From Octopus sinensis (lineage: Eukaryota), in assembly GCF_006345805.1 (NCBI RefSeq), contig NC_042998.1:18848001-18912000 (forward strand): a DNA stretch of 64,000 nucleotides, read 5' to 3'. Numbering within the stretch: the first letter of the stretch is position 1; the number at the start of each line of letters is the position of its first letter. Below are positions 40,268-53,048 of the stretch, in pieces. A model generated the notes under the pieces. That model did no database searches and was not told the origin of the DNA. It worked only from the letters and a program-made list of their open reading frames with translations. A program made the position numbers and the translations under genes.

Positions 40268-40847
40268 ACTACTTCAGCAATGATATCGGAAGCCAGTATC
40301 AGTTTTGGAGTATCTAACGTAGTTTTGTAGCCAATAAGTAACTTTCAAACTTGGTGCGGAGCACTAGTCTACAGCGTTGGGGAAAGGACAAGAAATGCTG
40401 CAATATTTCAGTATTAGCAGTACAGTGAATATTACATGGCTACGAGCAAAATCTGAATATGGCCCAAGAACTGATATTAATTATCGTAAGTATGATGAAT
40501 AGCACGGCCAATTAGTTCTTTTTGTAAAAAATAATACGATTCATTGAAAATGCATGTGTTGTTAACTTTTTCATGTAGAATCATGGATTGAAAGAGACAT
40601 ACACGTGACAACAAAATAAATATGGGACGGAGTTTCCCAGTGAAAATACTAACACGAATTCAGCCAAACTGAAAGCTTGGAGTACTTAATCAGATAGAAT
40701 TAAGCATGATGATATGAAAGTAAAGACGAAGAAAGTATTTCTGCGACATCGAGAAATATATTGGATTCCAACTTTAAATGTCAGAAACATAATTTCGGCA
40801 AAACCTTCCATGCAGTGTCAGTGGTTTGGTATAGACATGAAATTCTG

Positions 40848-41870
40848 TTAAGTATCTAAATATGATACTATCGAAGTATTTAAAGCCTTCACTAGATTCG
40901 GACCTTTTAACTTTGACTTCATTAGCACCCTTACCCTTCTGATGTACTTCTCAATTGTCGTTTTCATTACTGTAGTTAGTACTCTGTCAGATTCTAATAC
41001 TCCTAGATACTTATAACTCTCTCTTCCTTTCAATGATTTTAATGTCTGGCTATCTGGTAATTGGATGCTTTGCCGTTGACTACCTGTTCCCTTCTTATGA
41101 CTTACATTGCATACTTATCTATGCCAAAAACGCAATGCTTATATCTTTGCTGAAGAGTCTTACAGTCTGTATTAAGGATTCTCTATTTTTCATTTTTACT
41201 AAAACATCTTTAGATAATCCATGTAGAGCAAATGGATATTTTTTCCATTACTATTTCTGAACAGATATTCTGCATTTGTCTTCCTTAATACTAAACTGAA
41301 TGGGATCCAACATAAGACAAATACGAAAGGAGTCAACAAGTCACCCTGGAAAATTCCTTTTTTGATATTAACTTTCCTTAAGAGTGAGTCATCTGAGTAG
41401 AGACCTACTTTCCATTTCTTGATGCTAATTCTAATTAATTCTCTTATGTTGTCTGCTATACTGAACATACTCAAACTTTCACTTATCCATGAGTGTGGGA
41501 TCATGTCATAGGTTTTCCTATAATCTGTCCATACAATTACTAGATTTTTCTCCCTAGATTTTACTTCATTTAGAACTGCTTCGTTTATATATGATAGCAC
41601 ATGCGTTCTTTTACTCTTCTTCCTGCAAATTCTCTATTCATTTTGTAGTAAATTCTGGTTGTCAAGGTTCTCGTAAATGCTTTCTGAAAGCATTCCTGTT
41701 AACAGCTTCTACATTAATGTTAAGAAGGTGATCGGTCTACAGCTGCTAGCTGTATTACCCTTGCTCTTATCCTCATAATGAGTATTGTCTTTTTCCTCTA
41801 GTCATCCAATTTGGTATTATTTCTCCGTTAAAGAAATCCTGAATTTGTTCCCTCAGCCCCTTCCACCGTA
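40848..41870 (-). mobile_element. R4/Dong-like (RLE-type) non-LTR retrotransposon RT remnant
   Basis: YRPITFL-like, WTDYRKTYDMIPHSWI, KKGIFQGDLLTP, HLLYMDYLK, ESYKYLGVLE. Confidence 0.85.
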
Positions 41871-42736
41871 AACTACTGAATTTTTTTAGCCAGTACCCTT
41901 GAAATAAATGCGGTCCTGGATTTTGACTTATTGCCTTTCATTCTTTCGGGATCGATAAAATAAGTCCGATTGGAGCAGTGGTATCGATATAAATTGATTT
42001 GATCCTTCCCCTAAATCTGCTGGCCTTGTGCTGAGATTTGAAACTATTATCATTAATGGCATTTAAATCATTGAAAATATTTTGTTATATTATTGACAGA
42101 GCATTTAAATAATAGGAAATTATTTTGCTAAAGTGCATTCAGATATTGGCTAAACGAAAATAAATATAAAAATACAATAATATCATAGCTGCCATGCAAA
42201 ATTAATAACAAATACCATCAACCAATATCTGAGACTTATCTGTCAATAATTGTTAACTGAAAGATTGGTAAGAGGTCACCTAGCCATAAAGCTTCTACTT
42301 CAGAAAAAAAATCAACACGAATTTAGAGAATGCTTTTTAAAATTAATTTGACTGAATAATTGATAGTTGCAATTGCTTCCGTTTTATTGATATTAATTAT
42401 TGCATTGCCACTATGTTGAGGCACGTTCATAAATGTTTTTCAAGAGGATATTGAGTATGTTAAGTAATCGCTATTGCTTATCTAGTAGGATTTCTTTGGT
42501 AAAAAAATATTTAAAAAAACAGATATTTTATGTAACTCAGTAACTAAACACCATAAGATAATATATGTTAACCAGCCTGATGAATTCAACAACATCTACC
42601 CGTGTGTGTGTGTGTGCGCGCGCGCGCCTGTAGGCATTTGGTAATAACAGTAATAGTGAAATTTGGTAATAGACACATAGATAGATAGATAGATAGATAG
42701 ATAGACAGATAGATAGACAGATAGATAGATAGACAC

Positions 42737-42787
<51 letters not shown>

Positions 42788-45700
42788 TGTTCTTTATAAG
42801 CCACACAGGGCTGCACACAGATAGAACAAATTACAAGGTAGAGCTTTTCTTTGAAGGTATTAAAAAAAAAAAAAAAAAAAAAAAAGGAAGGGGGAGGTTC
42901 GATCAAAAGGGATCGTAAAAGGAGAGAAAGAGGACAAAAATAAGGGGGGTTAAAAAAAAAAAAAAAAGGGGGGAGAGGAAAAAAAAAAAAAATGATCAAT
43001 AGGGATCGTTATCACAGAAATGTCAATATGAAGTGTAAAGGGGAGGACAGGTGAGGTTTACCCGTGGAAAGAAAAGCCTGCGGAAAAGACCACGGTAACC
43101 TCGGTCAATGAAGCACATTTTATATTTCTTTTTTTTTTTTTTTTTTTTTTGCAAATAAGCAACTCTCTGTTTTCGATTTCTGGGTTCATAGGACTATGCT
43201 CAAGGTGGCTTCGTCATTCATACGTGCCATTTGTACATTCACCCATCTTTTTTAAAACATTCGCTAGACAAAACTTGCCTCTCTACTCTCATTCCTTTTC
43301 AAGTGGTTACTTGAAGAAGTTGATGAGAGATGACCAGAGAGGAAAGTTTGTTTGTCTCCAATCCTTTCAGACGCGTCCACCAGATACATTCTTTCGCCAT
43401 AGCCACAAAGGATGATGAAAATAGCTCTTCCTTCCCGTTTGAAGGAAGGAGGCGTGACAATATTGACGATAGACTCAGCTGATAAACCGACACGTCCCAC
43501 ACGTGACAGCAGTTGTTCGACATAAGCCCACAGGTCGGAAAATTGTTGGACACTGAACGAGTGCGTGCAGAACGGTTTCGTCGCTCTGACCGCATCTCGG
43601 GCAGGTCGGCCCCGTGTTTCTCGAGCCGCGTTGTAGAGCTTATCCCGAACGGGTAGCGCTTCTCGGTAGCACTGCCAGGCCAGGGTCTCTGGAAGTTGTC
43701 CATGGGCCCTGGCCCGAAAGTCGTCCCGAAAAGGCGGGTCAGGTACTCCTCGTCGACGTCCAGGTTCGCCCCGAGCTCGTCGTCGTACCTCCCCTCCACT
43801 AAACCCTATAGAATGCTTTGGTTGTGTTGAAGTCACTTAAGGTCGACCCAGGACGGCAGAGTTGCTTGAGAGCAACGCGACACTCGCCGGTGCCATTCGC
43901 CCTCCTCGGCCTCTTTTTGATCCACGACTGCAGTTCGGTCATGGAGACGAGCTGCGGGGAAAGCGTGCCTCACAAACGGCGACCACACCTGTTCACCGTC
44001 GTCTACATAGAGCCAGAGATGTCGCAGTCTCAGCGGTGTTGCGCATCATCAACCACGGCATGCCCAGCCTCCTTTTAACGGGTGTTGACAGCAAATGGAT
44101 CGCCTGACCATCGGGACGCATCTTTCCACAAGAAGCGAAAGAGGATGCGTTGTAGTTTGGTGATGGTAGGGTCGGGACAAGGCACGACGGTCAGGCGGTA
44201 GTAGTAGATGACGGACGCGATGTACGTGTTCGCCCACTCCGCTCGACCTTTTAGGGACAGTTTCCTTCGGCCCATTGCCGGGCGAGAGTGACCACACCTA
44301 CTCGTTATCTCGTTCCAGTTCTTCTCCACTTGGAGGTCGGACCAAAACCAGACCCCGAGCAACTCAACCGGGCCGTCGGTCCAGCGTCCCACGACGGAGG
44401 CGCTGGTGGACGGCATGGGCTTGCTCTCCAGGTGCCTAGTCGCAAGCCCACTGACTTTTCCCGGTTGATTTCGCTCGGGTCACCGCTTCGTAGTTTTTCA
44501 GTGTCTCGCCGACCAGCTCGATGTGCTCGTGGCTAGACGCTATGACGGTGACGTCGTCCGCGTATGCAGACACGCTCGTCCCGCATCCCATTCTCGCGGG
44601 ATGCCCCTTAGAGTCGCCAGCTTCCGCAGTAGTGGCTCAAGAGTCAATACGTATAGAAGCGCCGAGAGGGGGCATCCCTGACGGAGCCGAACGTGCAATG
44701 TCGAAAGGTCTCGATAGATGTCAATTACGCGAATTACCGAACGGATGCCTCTTACAAGGCAGCTATCCAGCCGCGGAAGACGGGACCGAAACCAGCCGCT
44801 CTCAGGACTGCCTCCAAGTATCGATGGTCTACCCTATCAAAGGCTTCGATTGATCCAAGTTGATCAGGGCCCCACCCATGCCAGGTTCGTTAACTACCCT
44901 GTCTATGATGTAGCGCATCAGATGGAGGTTGTCATGGATGGTCCGGCCTGGCACGGCGCATGTTTGCGCCTTGTCGACCAGTTTCTCGATGACAAGCGCC
45001 AACCTCTTGGCTAGCACCTAGGCCAAAATTTCAAGTCTGCATTAAGCAGAGTGATGGGCCTAAAGTTATCTATTACATTTCCCTTGTTTAGATTTTCTTC
45101 AGCAGTGTTACGGCTCTCGGCTCACAAAAAACAGGAATGCTCCCGTTTGCTGCCAGTTGCAGTACAACCGCCGCCAAGAGATCTCCAAACAAGTCTGGCA
45201 TACAATTGTAAAGCTCGTAGGGTAGACCATCCAAACCCGGTGATTTGTCCCTCGAGCATTCTGCCATCGCTTCCCGCACTTCCGCCGCCGTGATGGCACC
45301 TTCGCAGCACCCTGCATTTCTTGTCGAGAGTCGTGGTAGGCTATGTAGGTAGGCACTGAAGTCCACCCTACGTTCTTGCCTTCAACTCGTTCCGAACAGT
45401 CGGGCAAAAATGCTGCTGAAAGGCCTCACACAATTTACTTGGCCGAGCAATTCGCGCCCCTGTCATCTAACAGTGACCGAATGGTGGCTTTGTTGCCCTG
45501 TTGCGCCTCTGCCACCCGGGGCTCTCTCGCGGCTCCAACACCTTCGTTCCTTAGAGCACGCAATCCTAGCTCTGACAGCACATCCTTCGTGTTTGGCGTT
45601 GAAGTGTTGGTCGAGGGCCAACTCGCCGCCCAAAATCGGATGCGATGCCGCTTCTAATTGCCTCTTCTAGCTTCTTAACTAGCTCACCCTCTACTCTATT

Positions 45701-46432
45701 CTATCTATGGCTAGTGCTTTGCTGTACCTAATCGCTTCTGCTTTTACTGCTCTCTTGAGGGCAAACCACCATTTGTTGTTGATGATGGCTCCCGTCAAAG
45801 CCCTCTTTACTAGTGTGCTAATCCGGTCTCTGAAAACTGTCTCGATGGGAAAGGACGCGTTAGTTTCCAGTATCGGGGACCCTGCCTAAGTGTCTACCTA
45901 AGTCTAGCGTACATGTCACAAGTTTGTGATCAGTGTAGCTGACTATGGGAATTGCGGACATCCTATGCTATCTCTATCTACTGTCCTACACAGTATCCTA
46001 TCTAGATACGATCTCGACGACCCGATGCGGTTGCTCCATGTCCACGTTGGCGCATTCGGTGGTGGTCTAGTCGAAACCTGTCAGACAGTGAAAGTCTGAG
46101 CAGGTTCTCTGAGGCATTTGCATCCCCCGTCTATTTCTATCTCTACCCACGTAGTCTACATGCGTGTCCAAGGTAGCATTCCAATCCCCCACTAAGAGTA
46201 AAGGACGAGACGTTCCCAAGAAAACTTCTAGACGTGAAAGAAATCTCGCCCGACCGGTTAAGGGCGGTGCGTAAAATGATACGAGCGAAAAGCGCACCCA
46301 TTCCTGCCGTCGACATCCAGGACGACCAGTATCTAACCCTCCGGGTCTACGAATATGTTCATTACATTGAGATCAGAATCTTGTGAAAAAGTACCGCGGT
46401 GCCACTACCGCCCATTCTCGGCAGACATGGGG
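42788..46432 (-). mobile_element. 5'-truncated Tx1/L1-clade LINE (APE endonuclease + RT + C-terminal Cys motif) between (GATA)n tracts
   Basis: SFYAP...LLLVGDWNA (endonuclease); KSPGLDGLPYELY, QTCAVPGRTIHDN, LINLDQSK, VRQGCPLS and AYADDV (RT); CPRCG...ETVLHAL. The 3' UTR runs into (TCTA)n. Many frameshifts. Confidence 0.93.
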
Positions 46433-46671
46433 GAAAAAAATAGATAGATAGATAGATAGATAGATAGAAAGACAGATAGATAGATACATCGTGATTTAAT
46501 TGTGCTCCACAGCGTATCGTTGCGATACATATCTTTTACATTTCGCCCACTTTGACTGCGGGGATGCTGGGGCACCGCCTTGAAATGTTTTAGTCGAACA
46601 GATCGGCCTCAGGACCTGTTTTCTGAGTACTTATACTGTCGAACCGCTGAGTTACAGAGACGTAAATGACC

Positions 46672-46870
46672 GCGTGTGTACCGTTGGCGATTTTTTCCCT
46701 CCGTCTTCCCTTCGTTGGATCTTTCCTTCTTCTATGTTTCCGACGAAGAGCTCCGCTCGAAACGTTGAAACCTGCTTCTTCCCTTCCTTCCTGAGCGTCC
46801 AATAATACTATATTGTTCCACGTCCTCGCGTTGTTGTGTTTTCTCTTTATGGTTTCATGTTTGATTAACT
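46672..46870 (+). mobile_element. Dispersed repeat with minimal hammerhead-like motif (Penelope-like terminal repeat?)
   Basis: CCGACGA-A-GAGC-TCC-GCTC-GAAACGTT at 46740-46766. Homologous copy at 63697-63875. Confidence 0.5.
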
Positions 46871-46875
46871 TATAT

Positions 46876-46907
<32 letters not shown>

Positions 46908-47021
46908 GTGTGTGTGTGTGTGTGTTGTGTGTGTTGTGCGTTGTGTGTGTGTGTGTGTGTGTGTGTGTCGTCTCTGTGTGTGCTTGTGTATACCATACAA
47001 TATTAATATATACATATGTAC

Positions 47022-47823
47022 CATAAATATAAGAGAGCGACCACTATGTGGTCTAATCTAGTGCTAAAAATAGATCCGCTATGGTATAGCCACTAAAAAA
47101 TTGTCTCCGATTAGAAATAACACAGCATTTAACGTGATGCAAATGAAAAATAACAAAAAAAATAGATTAGCCCTGAACAATTGTTTCATTATTAATGTAA
47201 ATATAATTTTACTTACACAACATCTATAAATCATCAGCAGGTGTTTGTTTTAAATACAATTTATTAAATCGCCCGTTACATTTCGACGCAGCACCGAAAT
47301 ACACGTGTGGTTCAATCAATTGCATTAGTAGTTATGAATTCAGATTCCCCCGTCCAAAAGCATGATAAGACTACTGGAAACGAATACCGCATAAAATATT
47401 TACTGCAGTATAATTAGATTCATAAATGAGGGTGAAAAATTTGATATTAATTTAATAATACCATCAATTTAACACCAAGTTATTGGTGGGGTTGCGGGAC
47501 AAACACAGACACACAAACATATACACACATACATATATATACATATATACGACGGGCTTCTTCCAGTTTCCGTCTACCAAATCCACTCACAAGGCTTTGG
47601 TCGGCCCGAGGTTATAGTAGAAGACACCTACCCAAGGTGCCACGCAGTGGGAATGAACCCGGAACCATGTGGTTGGTAACCGGTCGATATATTAAAAATG
47701 ATTTTCAAACTATGTAAGTGTGCGTATTTTCCTTTGGAGACAATCTTTTAGTGGCTATACCATAGCGGATTTATTTTTTAGCACTAGAGTAGACCACATA
47801 GTGGTCGCTCTCTTATATTTATG
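47022..47823. mobile_element. Inverted-repeat-bounded (MITE-like) segment with nested SINE
   Basis: 47022-47108 is approximately the reverse complement of 47737-47823. Confidence 0.7.
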
Positions 47824-48649
47824 TATAAATCTGTATTGTATCCCTGGTTTTTATGTGCTAAGCCATTTGGTGTTAAATTGATGGTATTATTAAATTGATA
47901 TCAAAATTTTCACCCTCATTTATGAATATATATACATATGTATATAAATATATACACACACACACGAACGCACACATACACACACACACACATATATATA
48001 TATACGTACGACAATCTTTCGGTTTCGGTCCACCAAATCCACTAACAAGACTTTGGTCCGCCTGCGGCTATAGGAGAAGACTCCACTTGTCTGAGGGACT
48101 GAACCTGGAGCCATGTGGTCGTGGAGCGTTCTTCTTCCCACACGACCACGCCTGCATAATTAATTGATTTAACAAATATTAAATTAAATTCATTTAAAAG
48201 CGATAATTGCCCACGTCATTGGAAATATTATGCATTAAATTAACATAACACATAAAAGTAGCGATGATTCGGGTGAACATAAGTTCTAAATAATTTTAAT
48301 TTAAATTACATTAAACTAATTACGTACCTGAAACCGATTTCCTTTTTAATGAAGCAGCTGTTGAGCGCAATAACAATATTAATTATATGACGAATTTACG
48401 ATTGTCAGGTTTTTGACCTGAATGTATTATTCTAAAAGATAGATTTAGTGGATTATGCATATACATGCACGCTGGTTAAATTTGGATTTACTGCAACATA
48501 TGGAAGTGTTGTAGTTTAACGACGTGGTATTTACTGAACGTTTAAGCATCGTTTTTAAATGTTTATGTATCAATTCTATCTTGACAGAAATGGAGATAGT
48601 TACATCGATAAGTAAACTTAATACGAATATACGCATACAATTATATATG

Positions 48650-49219
48650 TATTGTTTTGTCTGCAAAGTACGTGCCGATTTATAGTAGCTTACATTTCGA
48701 CTTATTTTAGAACACGGTTGAGTTCCTAAAATGGGATTTGACTACACCTCCATTTAGAGCACAGTTTAAGCTATCTTTCTGTGGAAGAAGATTTATGTTC
48801 CTATAACCTATGTTAATTTTGTAACCCTTTAAAGTAGAAGGTAAGAAAGTTCATTTTCGGCACTTGATGCTTTGGGAACAAGACAAAAATTCCTGCAGCT
48901 CGGCTGGGATGTGTTACCCCACCCCCTATATTCACCAGATATTGCTCCTTCGGGTTTACACTTATTCAGCTCTCTGCAGAATAGTCTTAATGGTAAAAAT
49001 TTCAATTCCTGGGATGACGTAAAATGTTACCTTGATGAATTCTTTGCCACGAATCAACCTCATTTCTGAGAAGAGGGTATTTTCAAGTTAAAGGAAAGAT
49101 GGAGAGGTATTGTGCAACAAAATGGTTCATATTTGGTTGATTAAAAATGTAATGGTAAGTATTTATTGACGTTTTTCTTTCCTTTAAAAATTGGCACAAA
49201 CTTCCGCGACTACCCAATA
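48650..49219 (+). mobile_element. Internally deleted mariner element
   Basis: Degenerate TIRs TATTG...GTGCCGATTT / AAATTGGCAC...CCCAATA. The N-terminal KVHFRHLMLW is fused directly to the C-terminal GWDVLPHPLYSPDIAPSGLHLF. Confidence 0.85.
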
Positions 49220-50257
49220 AATTCTTTCTCATATGTACATATATATTAATATATATATATATATATATATATGTTTATATAGATTTCAATTGATATACGT
49301 ATATAGTGTGTGTGCGTGTGTGCGTGTGTGTGCGTGTGTGTGCGTGCGTGTGCGTGTGTATTTTTGCTTATTGAGCAGAGGTTTAGGAACTTCTTTGTCC
49401 CGAGTCTGCTAGAAAAACCTCCTAAGCGCAACACATGCTAAACTGAAACACCTACTGCCATGCAGATATCAGTTTATTGTAGGATTAGATGAAATGTCCA
49501 TTTGATTAGGAATATGACGAGTTGTATATCTGTCAAAGTCGCAAATGTCATTATTTTCGATTGACGTACTTCCGTGGCTTCAAACAAAAATATTTATATA
49601 CAAATATAAATATGAATATTTATATTAAGGGCATTTACTTTACATAAATGCCTCACACCTATGTATAATAATGCCCTTAATATAAATAAATATATTTAAA
49701 AGGAATAATTATATAAATGTTTCCCTTATGAGGTTTTTCACGCTAACTACTTAATAGATTCTTATAAAGATTTTATCCTACTTTTCAAGTATAAATATAA
49801 ATATATATATGTATATATATATATATTCCTTATGCATCTCGTGCATTATTGATCCTAAAAATGTTATGCCTATACCGTTTCTAGTAATAAATGTCAACAA
49901 CATCTATAAACAACTAGTTTCAAGTTAAATAATACGGTAAAAATCTGCCTGAGCTAATTATAATAAACACACTAGATATCCCTACACCAATTATGCAATT
50001 AGCGTCAGTGTTTCCGTGTAATACATTTGCCCCTAATATATATGTATATATAAGTAGTAGTGGTGACAGCTGTAAAACATTAATGTTACCACTACTACAT
50101 GAACCGGAAGGTTGAATACTTTAATGCATGAAAGTACTAGTTCAATAAGAATGGACATTTACTATTCTATTATAAGATAGAAACTAAAACGTGAAAATCA
50201 AAGTTGAAATTTCTCCGAGTAAGATATATAATATATATATATATAATATATATATAG

Positions 50258-50291
<34 letters not shown>

Positions 50292-50322
50292 TTATATATA
50301 TGTATATATATCTATCTATCTA

Positions 50323-50359
<37 letters not shown>

Positions 50360-51089
50360 ACAGAAAAGAGGAATTTTGATTATCCCCACGTGGTGAGTTG
50401 TAATGTATATGAGAAATTAAAAAAGGAAAATACGCACACTTACAGAGTTTTAATATCATTTTTAATATATCGGCCGGTTTCGCTATCGCTATTCATGATA
50501 TTATGTTTTACTTACTTGAATATATATTTTTCTTAAGAAGAAATTTGGTCCATGTTGTGTGTGGTGAAATTCACGAGTGAATGACTTCACAAGTAGATAA
50601 ATAAAGGGAGGTCATTGGTTGTCGTTATTATTTATATTGTTGTGGGTTAGGGAGATAACTGTTGAGCTTTCGGTAATGGGTGGGGATTATATATGTGTAC
50701 AGAACAGAGACAGGTTTCAAAAACCTTGTTTAGTAGAGGATTTATGTACAGTGATATAATCGTGAATTGAAGTATGTAAAACTATAAAAGTTGTTTATGC
50801 GTGCATATTAAGACGTGTTTTGTATTTCTCAATGAAAAAAGTTTCTTTATTTAAACGTTCTTGTTGAGAGATTGCGTCTTTGCACTGGTAGAAAGGGAAG
50901 ACTGTTTTTTTGCAAAACAATTAATACACAAAATAATGCACCTACGTTTGTACACGAATTAGTCGTGGACTGATTTTAGGTGAATGCCTAACTCTTGGAA
51001 TAACCAATGAAATTCATTTCTTTTCTTCCTGGTAAAGTTTAAAAAGCCACAAACATACACATATACACACATATGTGTGTGTGTTTCTT

Positions 51090-51135
<46 letters not shown>

Positions 51136-51182
51136 CATATGTAAGTATTATGTGTACACCTACCTATCTATCTATATAATAT

Positions 51183-51239
<57 letters not shown>

Positions 51240-51621
51240 GACAGGTCTCTTTCAGTTTCCGGTAACCAAATCCACTTTGCGCGGATAGAGGCTTTCATAG
51301 CAGATACTTGCCGAATTTACCACCGGTGTGTCTGAACCCGAAACCAGGTGTTTTGGAAGCAAACACGTTACCGCACAGCCACGCGTGGAGCCTGCGATTG
51401 CAAGGATAATATTAGTTTGTAATACATACTACCAGAAAATATTACCCCAAAAGATATTTTTATAAATATATTCCGTGCATTTCTTTATGTACTTGCAATG
51501 TACGCTATCTTTCCCTCCCTTGCAATGGCGCTATCTTTCCCTCCCTGAGAAAGAGGTAAGACATACACTCAGATATATACAGATATCAAGAGATGTATAT
51601 ATATTTGGCAATATCTATAGA

Positions 51622-51906
51622 CAGTGGTGGTCTGGCCAGGTAGCCAGCTTTCCCGATGACAAGCGGGCCTTTACGCCATTTGAATCCATATATGGGGGGC
51701 CATGTTGGTATCTAAATGGCCGATCCACACAAGTTGGAGAATCTTTTATTCACTCCTGGGGAACGCATTTATTATTTCAGCCTCGTTGTGTTTGTAGACA
51801 GTTGAAAAGAAAACTTTAAAAAAATAAATAAATTATAGTATTGTAGTTGTGGGTCGGCCTCCTTAGTCTCCAGGCAACCTATACTTGTAGACCCAGTCCG
51901 CCACTG
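51622..51906. mobile_element. hAT-family MITE
   Basis: TIRs CAGTGGTGGTCTGG / CCAGTCCGCCACTG. 8-bp TSD TCTATAGA at 51614-51621 and 51907-51914. Confidence 0.88.
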
Positions 51907-52710
51907 TCTATAGAGACCTTTTTTATTAACATCGACACAAGAGCTGCTATACGCCAATATTTTGAGTTCCTGGAAGTAGATTATTCTTGAGTGTTCACTC
52001 CCAAAGTACTTTACAGTGAAATAAAATTGAATAAAGATAAAGATAATTTAAGATGGGGTTCAAAAGGATACTTGCATTCAAGACGCGATACTATCAATAC
52101 TTGCATAGTACTTGCATGCTTTCTTCTTTGTCCGTTTTAATAATTTTGAAACGATTCCACTTAAATGTTAAGCAGAATATTGTATTACGTCATGTTAATA
52201 AATATTTCCGTTGATTAGTTCCATCGTGGTTATTAGTTGGCTTCTCTTGAAAATTATCATAGCCCCATTGTCACTGCATCAAATATGGTTATGTATGTTT
52301 GTATCCGTCCTTTTATTTCTTTATTTAACGTCGCAAAACAAACAATAAAACAATAAAGCAAAGTATAGAAAATACAATAATAAAAACAGTTATGAAATCA
52401 ATAACGTAATGAAAAGATATAAGATATGATAGAAACCAATGAATAAATCATTACATGTCAACGACATAAATGGAAAATACTTCAGCAATATAAAGTGCTT
52501 CATATCGTTATGTCTCACAGACTAATCAGATTAGGAAACGGCAGCGGTGTCAAATGTTTAAGAAGTGTTTTGAAGAGAAAATGATACAAAAAATGTCCAC
52601 ACAACGAAAACGAAGTGGATGTGAACCCTACCATTGGATATATACCTACATATATACATACAAACACAAAGACATACATACACATGTATATACATATATA
52701 TACGTTTATA

Positions 52711-52741
<31 letters not shown>

Positions 52742-52964
52742 CATATATATACGTATATATAAGCATGTATACACGTATACACATACACAGGCAACACACA
52801 CACACATATATATATATATATCTATATATATATATATCTATATATATATATATATATCTATATATATATATATATTATATATATATATATAATATATATA
52901 TATATATAATATATATATATATATATACATACATATCTACATACAAATATATATATTATATATA

Positions 52965-53048
<84 letters not shown>

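Noticed and set aside
51608-51925. SIDSGGL peptide suggesting an L1 RT fragment
   Set aside because: The match is the TSD plus TIR of the hAT MITE, read on both strands.
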